A stretch of DNA of 64,000 bases, from assembly GCA_016765135.1 (NCBI GenBank), contig JAESQN010000044.1, positions 1 to 64,000 on the forward strand, given 5' to 3'. The stretch's first letter is position 1. Each line of letters begins with the position of its first letter. Shown piece by piece: positions 58,547-64,000 of this stretch. The notes under the pieces are model-generated. The model did no database searches. It saw nothing but the letters and a program-made list of their open reading frames with translations, and was not told the DNA's origin. Position numbers and translations under genes: made by a program. The stretch comes from Robiginitomaculum sp. (GTDB lineage: Bacteria; Pseudomonadota; Alphaproteobacteria; Caulobacterales; Maricaulaceae).

Positions 58547-59428
58547 ATGAAATTGCGTATATTTATACTTTTGACCTCGGTTGTTATCGCACTGTTTTTG
58601 TTTGCGGCCTGTGCACCGGTCAAGTTTCTTAACACCATCACACCATCGGGCAGTTATAAGCTGGCGAAGAATGTATCCTATATGGATAGTGAGACGGACG
58701 GGGAGCGGCAAAAACTGGATATATATCAGCCCAAACAGCCCAAAGCGAACGCGCCTGTTGTTGTATTTATTTACGGCGGCTCTTGGGATACGGGAAACAA
58801 GAACATCTATAAATTTGTCGGCGAAGCTTTTGCCGCCCAAGGCTATACCACGGTCATTCCTAATTACCGTCTTTATCCCGAAGTGAAATATCCAGAATTT
58901 ATCAATGATACCGCCGCCGCTATTGCCTACACGGCCAAGCGGTATCCGGAACAAGGGCTGATCGTCATTGGTCATTCTGCGGGTGCCTATAACGCCATGA
59001 TGGTCACGGTTGAACCTGAATATCTACGCGCCCAAGGGTTGGATGTTTGCCAGGCCATTGCCGGTATGGTCGGTCTAGCCGGGCCTTACGGCGCGTTTCC
59101 GCTGAAAGCAGAGCCCTTTGTCACGATCTTTCCAGACCGTCATACTGCCGACGATGCACCGGTTAATTTGGTCAATGGCCCGACCCCACCGCTCTTTATG
59201 GCCATTGGGGACAAGGATACAACGGTGAGCGAGCTGCACAGTCTCAAGCTCCAGGAGATCATCCGCGCTCGGGGTGGATTGGCCAGCTTTAAAACCTACC
59301 CCGGCCTCAACCACACGGATGTGGTTAAAGTCCTGTCGCGCTATTTCGACGACGATTCAGAGCTGAAAGACGATATTTTAAACTTTATTGCGACCAATAG
59401 CGAAAAGCGGGATAATTATTGCCAATAG
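58547..59428 (+). CDS. alpha/beta hydrolase (carboxylesterase/lipase fold-3), lipoprotein
   Basis: Lipobox LFAAC; oxyanion FIYGGSW; nucleophile elbow GHSAGA. Confidence 0.75.
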   Translation: MKLRIFILLTSVVIALFLFAACAPVKFLNTITPSGSYKLAKNVSYMDSETDGERQKLDIYQPKQPKANAPVVVFIYGGSWDTGNKNIYKFVGEAFAAQGYTTVIPNYRLYPEVKYPEFINDTAAAIAYTAKRYPEQGLIVIGHSAGAYNAMMVTVEPEYLRAQGLDVCQAIAGMVGLAGPYGAFPLKAEPFVTIFPDRHTADDAPVNLVNGPTPPLFMAIGDKDTTVSELHSLKLQEIIRARGGLASFKTYPGLNHTDVVKVLSRYFDDDSELKDDILNFIATNSEKRDNYCQ

Positions 59429-59439
59429 TATATATAAAA

Positions 59440-59733
59440 TCATTCATCTATATATTGCTTGGTATAGTTTACCAGTGTGTCAGGGGTGATTTGATAGGTG
59501 TAGTTTATATAAAATGCGAGGTTAAGGTCGCCTGAACGTCTCCATTTTACGGGGCCGTCTAGGCCGCTGACAAGAACACGGTACCCGCCGTTTAACGCAT
59601 TTGTCGTTGCGTTAATTTCGGTGATTATTTTATTGCGAACTTCGAATCTATATTGATAAAACAAATGCACGCATAATAACTTCCCATATTTCCAATAGGG
59701 AATGAGCTTGGGTGAGGATAACAATACTATCAA
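59440..59733 (-). CDS. hypothetical 97-aa protein (AT-rich orphan ORF)
   Basis: Only an ORF with beta-rich composition. Lies between the esterase and rbfA; no recognisable family. Confidence 0.25.
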   Translation of the reverse strand: MIVLLSSPKLIPYWKYGKLLCVHLFYQYRFEVRNKIITEINATTNALNGGYRVLVSGLDGPVKWRRSGDLNLAFYINYTYQITPDTLVNYTKQYIDE

Positions 59734-59785
59734 GCTAGTTCGAGGTAGGAGAGACCTTAATTTTCAGGTTTTAAACCCCTCTAAT

Positions 59786-60175
59786 TTAAGTCTCTTTATG
59801 TAAATCTCTGGCGATTTCCGGGCGTGATAGTAGCTCGTTCATTTCGGACGCGGTGTCGAATGTTGTATCAATCTCGAACCGAAGGGCAGGGGTGGAACGC
59901 ATTTTAAGCTCGCGGCCAAGCTTGCCGCGCAGGAATTTGGCGCAGCGGTTCAGGGCCTCTACGACCTGGGGTGTATTTTGCCCGCCGAGCGGTGCCGCAA
60001 ATACCCGCGCCGTGCGCAAGTCCGGCGCGGCGCGCACTTCGGACACCGTGATGGACACACCTTGCAATACAGGATCACGAAAATCCTCACGGGCCATAAT
60101 ATCCACCAAAGCCCGGCGAATAAGTTCACCGGCTTGCAATTGCCGCTGGCTAGGAGGTTTGGCTTGTTTTTTCAT
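59786..60175 (-). CDS. rbfA: ribosome-binding factor A
   Basis: RbfA KH-like core QRQLQAGELIRRALVDIM…VSITVSEVRAAPDLRTARVF, 129 aa. Confidence 0.85.
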   Translation of the reverse strand: MKKQAKPPSQRQLQAGELIRRALVDIMAREDFRDPVLQGVSITVSEVRAAPDLRTARVFAAPLGGQNTPQVVEALNRCAKFLRGKLGRELKMRSTPALRFEIDTTFDTASEMNELLSRPEIARDLHKET

Positions 60176-60220
60176 TTTTCTTCTTTTTGCTAAACAATTT
60201 GAGGGTTTTTATTTGGATAG

Positions 60221-60769
60221 TTAACCTAGGGCTTTGTGACACCAGGCTAGAAACTGTCGTCGGTCTTGTTCACTGTCATGGCAGGACATTGGTAAGCTGA
60301 GTGCCGTCCCGTGACGGGAATAGAAAAAATCAAATGTGGCTCCACTGCAAATCTTTACAATATCACTCCAGAAATACATCATGGTTACTTGTTCAGATTC
60401 CCAAATAATGCTTTTAGAATCGAATGCCATTGTTACTTGCCACTCAGTCTCATCATTGGGAGGTAATTTAAATCCCCTAGAATTCTTTATCAAGTCCAAT
60501 GCTGTGTTCATTACCCAGTTTACTATAAAAGGCAGGCCTGCAATAACTAACATAATGGGCAGTAATACATAAAAAACGTATCTACTACTATACACTTTTA
60601 GTAGCGCTGGGAAAAAAACACTCACTGCAAAAGCGCCGAGACAAATTCCAAAGATAAGTGAAATTACCAAAAAGAAATTTTTTGGAAGCCCATATTTTAA
60701 TTTAGATAATTCTTGTTCCCGCCTTAACACCATAGTTCCGGTATAGGTAAACTCATATTTATAACCCAT
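60221..60769 (-). CDS. hypothetical membrane protein (2 TM plus C-terminal soluble domain, YcxB/bPH-like?) inserted between infB and rbfA
   Basis: 182 aa, AT-rich. TM helices FFLVISLIFGICLGAFAVSVFF and VFYVLLPIMLVIAGLPFIV. Confidence 0.45.
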   Translation of the reverse strand: MGYKYEFTYTGTMVLRREQELSKLKYGLPKNFFLVISLIFGICLGAFAVSVFFPALLKVYSSRYVFYVLLPIMLVIAGLPFIVNWVMNTALDLIKNSRGFKLPPNDETEWQVTMAFDSKSIIWESEQVTMMYFWSDIVKICSGATFDFFYSRHGTALSLPMSCHDSEQDRRQFLAWCHKALG

Positions 60770-60873
60770 TGCATTTATCCTCCCGGTTAAGACAATATCA
60801 AAGCAATGTGTAATTTAGGTAAATGCGATGAATTATTATCAGTACAGGACAGCGTTATGTGCGAGATGGTAGA

Positions 60874-63390
60874 CTAATCCAATTTCCGTTCCAGCATTTC
60901 TACCGTGAAGCACTCTATGACATCGCCTTTGCGCAGGTCGTGATATTTTTCGAAGCCCATGCCGCATTCTTGTCCGGCTACGACTTTTTGTACCTCGTCC
61001 TTGAAGCGTTTCAGGGTTGACAGCTCGCCTTCGTGAATGACCACATCATCACGCAACAAGCGCACGCCTGCACCGCGTTCGACCTTGCCTTCGGTGATTC
61101 TACAGCCGGCAATATTGCCAAGCTTGGAAATATCGAACACTTGCAGGATTTCTGCGTAACCGATAAATGTTTCCTTGCGTTCCGGCGCCAACATGCCCTC
61201 AAGCACGCCTTTCACATCATCCAAAAGTTCATAGATAATGGAATAATAACGAATTTCCACGCCTTCTTTTTCCGCCAAAGCTTTGGCTTGACGATTAGCG
61301 CGGACATTAAAGGCGAGGATTGGCGCACCGGACGATTTGGCCAGCACGATATCGCTTTCATTGATACCGCCAACGGCGCCGTGAATAACACGGGCGCGGA
61401 CATCTTCATTGCCGAGACCTTCAACGGACGAGCGGATCGCTTCGACTGAACCTTGCACATCACCTTTGATCAAGAGCGGCATTTCTTCGGACGTTTTGTC
61501 TTTAAGACGGGCCAGCATTTGCTCCATAGATGTGGTGGCATTGGCCGGGCCAGCAGCACTGGCTTGTTTGCGGCGGCGCTGGCGGTATTCGGTAATTTCG
61601 CGGGCTTTGCTTTCGCGTCCAACCACGGCAAACGGTTCGCCTGGTGCCGGGGCACCGTTTAGACCAAGCACTTCAACAGGCTCGGACGGCCCAGCGGATT
61701 TAAGCCGTGCATTTCTTTCGTTCATCAAGGCTTTAACTTTGCCCCAATATTCCCCAGCCACAACAATTTGACCCGGTTTTAACGTACCGCGCTTGAGTAA
61801 TAGCGTGGTGACAGGGCCGCGTCCCTTGGCGATTTTACTTTCAATCACCAAACCGTCAGCTCGTCTGTCAGGGTTAGCCTGTAAATCCATAAGCTCCGCC
61901 TGCATGACGATGGCTTCGGCCAAATCGTCCAACCCGGTTTTCTTGAGCGCCGAGACCTGAACCGTTTGCACATCACCGGACATGCTTTCGGTGATAATTT
62001 CGTGGCGTAGCAGGTCTTCCTCGATCTTTTTCGGATTGGCTTCCGGCGCGTCCATTTTGTTTATGGCCACGATTATCGGCGTACCTGCGGCACGGGCGTA
62101 TTTGATGCTCTCGATAGTTTGCGGCATAACGCCGTCGTCGGCCGCTACGACCAAGACTACAATATCAACGGCTTCGGCGCCGCGTGTGCGCATAGCAGAA
62201 AACGCGGCATGGCCGGGTGTATCAAGCACGGTAATAGTCTCGCCGGATTTAAGTTTGAGCTGATAAGCACCAATATGCTGGGTGATACCGCCAGCTTCAC
62301 TGCCAGCTACATCCGTGGTGCGCAAAGCGTCCAGGAGCGAGGTTTTTCCGTGGTCTACATGACCCATAATGGCAATAACGGGTGGGCGCGGCTTTAATGT
62401 GCTTTCGTCGTCTTTGTCGGTTTGTGTGAAAGCTTCTTCTTCGGCGTCGCTTTCCGCGACCCGTTTGACCGTATGGCCGAAATCTTCGACGATCAATTGC
62501 GCAGTGTCGGCGTCCAGCACATCATTAGCCGTAGCCATAGTGCCTTGTTGCATCAAATATTTGATAACCGCGACGGTACGTTCCGTCATGCGGTTGGCTA
62601 AATCAGCTACGGTGATGGCTTCAGGGATGGTCACTTCGCGGTAGACTTTATCTTTATCGTTCGTACCGCCCAACCGGCGTTCTTTTTCCCGTTCGCGGGC
62701 CCGGCGCATAGAGGCGAGGGAACGCTGACGCTCATCGTCTCCGGCCAAAGCACTCACAATGGTCAGTTTGCCACGGCGGCGTGATGGGTCGTTTTTGCGT
62801 GAACGGCTAGGTTTTTGGTGTTGTTGTTTGGGTTTTTTGATGCGTCCACCGGCACGCTCTAATACGGAGGCTTCTTGCTTGGGTGTTGGCGCCGGGGTGT
62901 CAACAACCGTGGGTGCGTCTTGTGTGGCAGGCTTTGTGGATTTCGCAGCTTTGTCGGCCTCTGCTTTTAATTTGGTGTCTTCCTCGGCCTGTTTCTTATC
63001 CGCGAGCGCACGGCGATCCGCATCGTCGCGTTCCTGGCGGGCTTTTTTCTCCGCTTCGCGGGCTTGATCGCGTGCGGATTTCTCTGCTTGCGCTTTGCCG
63101 ACGGCCTGTTGGCGTTTGAGGTATTCTTCTTTGGATAGGCCGAGACGTCTGGCGGCGGCGGCTACATTGTCGACTTTAACCTCTGGCGCAGGTGCGGTTG
63201 TGGGTGCGTTCGGCATACCAGGAGCGCCAGGCGCACCGACCAGGCGGCGTTTTTTCTTTTGCACCACGACAGCTTTGGAGCGGCCATGGGAAAAGTTTTG
63301 GCGCACGGTGCCACCACCACGGGGTGCCCCAAGCGTCATAGGTTTACGTGCGGGCTTTTGGCCTGGTTTTTTATCTTCTGTATCGCTCAT
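60874..63390 (-). CDS. infB: translation initiation factor IF-2
   Basis: G-domain [27 protein letters not shown]; long K/A/E-rich N-terminal region. Start ATG at 63390 (MSDTEDKK…) preferred; alternative in-frame ATGs at 63402 and 63453. Confidence 0.95.
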   Translation of the reverse strand: MSDTEDKKPGQKPARKPMTLGAPRGGGTVRQNFSHGRSKAVVVQKKKRRLVGAPGAPGMPNAPTTAPAPEVKVDNVAAAARRLGLSKEEYLKRQQAVGKAQAEKSARDQAREAEKKARQERDDADRRALADKKQAEEDTKLKAEADKAAKSTKPATQDAPTVVDTPAPTPKQEASVLERAGGRIKKPKQQHQKPSRSRKNDPSRRRGKLTIVSALAGDDERQRSLASMRRAREREKERRLGGTNDKDKVYREVTIPEAITVADLANRMTERTVAVIKYLMQQGTMATANDVLDADTAQLIVEDFGHTVKRVAESDAEEEAFTQTDKDDESTLKPRPPVIAIMGHVDHGKTSLLDALRTTDVAGSEAGGITQHIGAYQLKLKSGETITVLDTPGHAAFSAMRTRGAEAVDIVVLVVAADDGVMPQTIESIKYARAAGTPIIVAINKMDAPEANPKKIEEDLLRHEIITESMSGDVQTVQVSALKKTGLDDLAEAIVMQAELMDLQANPDRRADGLVIESKIAKGRGPVTTLLLKRGTLKPGQIVVAGEYWGKVKALMNERNARLKSAGPSEPVEVLGLNGAPAPGEPFAVVGRESKAREITEYRQRRRKQASAAGPANATTSMEQMLARLKDKTSEEMPLLIKGDVQGSVEAIRSSVEGLGNEDVRARVIHGAVGGINESDIVLAKSSGAPILAFNVRANRQAKALAEKEGVEIRYYSIIYELLDDVKGVLEGMLAPERKETFIGYAEILQVFDISKLGNIAGCRITEGKVERGAGVRLLRDDVVIHEGELSTLKRFKDEVQKVVAGQECGMGFEKYHDLRKGDVIECFTVEMLERKLD

Positions 63391-63490
63391 AACGTCTCTC
63401 ATTACCTGGGCATTAGCGCGGTTCATAAGGCCGCTGCCTACAGGATTTTCCAAAGTGGGCGCACCCTAACGGGGTTTCGCACACATGCAA

Positions 63491-63961
63491 CTAAATTCCA
63501 CTACCAATATCACTGCTAATTTCATCTGATAATTCAGTGATAAATCCTATCTCATATTCTCTGTCAGGCCAATCTACAGGTACCAATTCCCGAAATCCGG
63601 CCAAACGCCTGGCTTCGTGTATTATTGCCGTGGCCATTTTACCACGGGGCACGCAAGCATGTACCATATTATCGCGTCCCACGGTTTTGCCAAGTTTTGC
63701 GGCATTAAAACAACCGATCAGCAAAGGCGGTGCCGTTTCCAATTCTTTAGCCAAAGCTTTGGCCACCACCCGGATTTTTGAGCGTCCGTCAGATTTGCCG
63801 TCGCTGGCTTCAATCCGCACAGCCATTTCCCCGGTGCGGGCACTGGAGCGGACGTTTTCAAACCCGCTTTCAAGCTGCCCGGCGCGCTTGGCCATGCCGA
63901 TCATACCCAAAACCCGTGCGTTTAATCCGGCTTCGATCATATCTGCGAAACCGTCGGGCAC
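63491..63961 (-). CDS. YlxR(DUF448)-L7Ae-like RNA-binding protein of the nusA-infB operon
   Basis: DUF448-like N-terminus followed by an L7Ae-like segment (RVLGMIGMAKRAGQL…). Typical nusA-infB spacer gene of alphaproteobacteria; start may lie beyond the listed ATG. Confidence 0.55.
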   Translation of the reverse strand: MPDGFADMIEAGLNARVLGMIGMAKRAGQLESGFENVRSSARTGEMAVRIEASDGKSDGRSKIRVVAKALAKELETAPPLLIGCFNAAKLGKTVGRDNMVHACVPRGKMATAIIHEARRLAGFRELVPVDWPDREYEIGFITELSDEISSDIGSGI

Positions 63962-64000
63962 TGTAATCTTCCGCTTGGCTGCTCTTGAAAAAGCACCTGT

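Overview
GC-rich, gene-dense chromosomal segment with an alphaproteobacterial flavour: MucR/Ros regulator, two-domain YlxR-like protein next to infB, Pha/Mrp antiporter genes, Gcw_chp OMP-amtB-glnK, long SerC, DUF2336 and DUF4139 families. Most genes are translationally coupled. Housekeeping content: tRNA-Leu(GAG), lipB, argF, ptrB, ald with Lrp regulator, thiolase, ychF-pth-rplY, glnK-amtB, serC-serA, purA, rbfA-infB. Nine AT-richer islets interrupt this backbone and carry the unusual content. (1) 7.5-7.9 kb: two tiny hydrophobic peptides translationally coupled to a metC-like gene. (2) 11.5-19.6 kb: a permuted ten-gene Mrp/CPA3-type cluster with Mbh-like order E-F-G-B'-B-C-D-D-x-A' and three NuoL/M/N-like subunits. 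(3) 21.8-26.9 kb: an M23 peptidase, a decayed thiolase 3' pseudogene, then OMP - processive GT2 synthase (QxxRW) - polytopic membrane protein, butted 3 bp from the intact thiolase stop; a candidate synthase-dependent exopolysaccharide locus. (4) 30.3-31.3 kb: a ~1 kb non-coding stretch with a 62-bp perfect palindrome, a tRNA 3' fragment and a 76-nt tRNA-like pseudogene with a 6-nt anticodon loop; a likely integration hotspot. (5) 42.3-43.6 kb: an orphan PDZ-TPR-thioredoxin-like protein. (6) 46.9-48.6 kb: a two-gene cassette of unknown function (142 aa and 271 aa; possibly a split LOTUS/NYN-like pair), the best candidate here for an undescribed TA/defence-type system. (7) 53.6-56.2 kb: a membrane-anchored STAND NTPase with TPR repeats. 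(8) 56.3-58.5 kb: PiT transporter followed by ArsM, preceded by four tandem 11-bp repeats overlapping the PiT start codon. (9) 59.4-60.8 kb: small orphan genes inserted into the infB-rbfA operon. No CRISPR array, transposase or integrase gene was seen.
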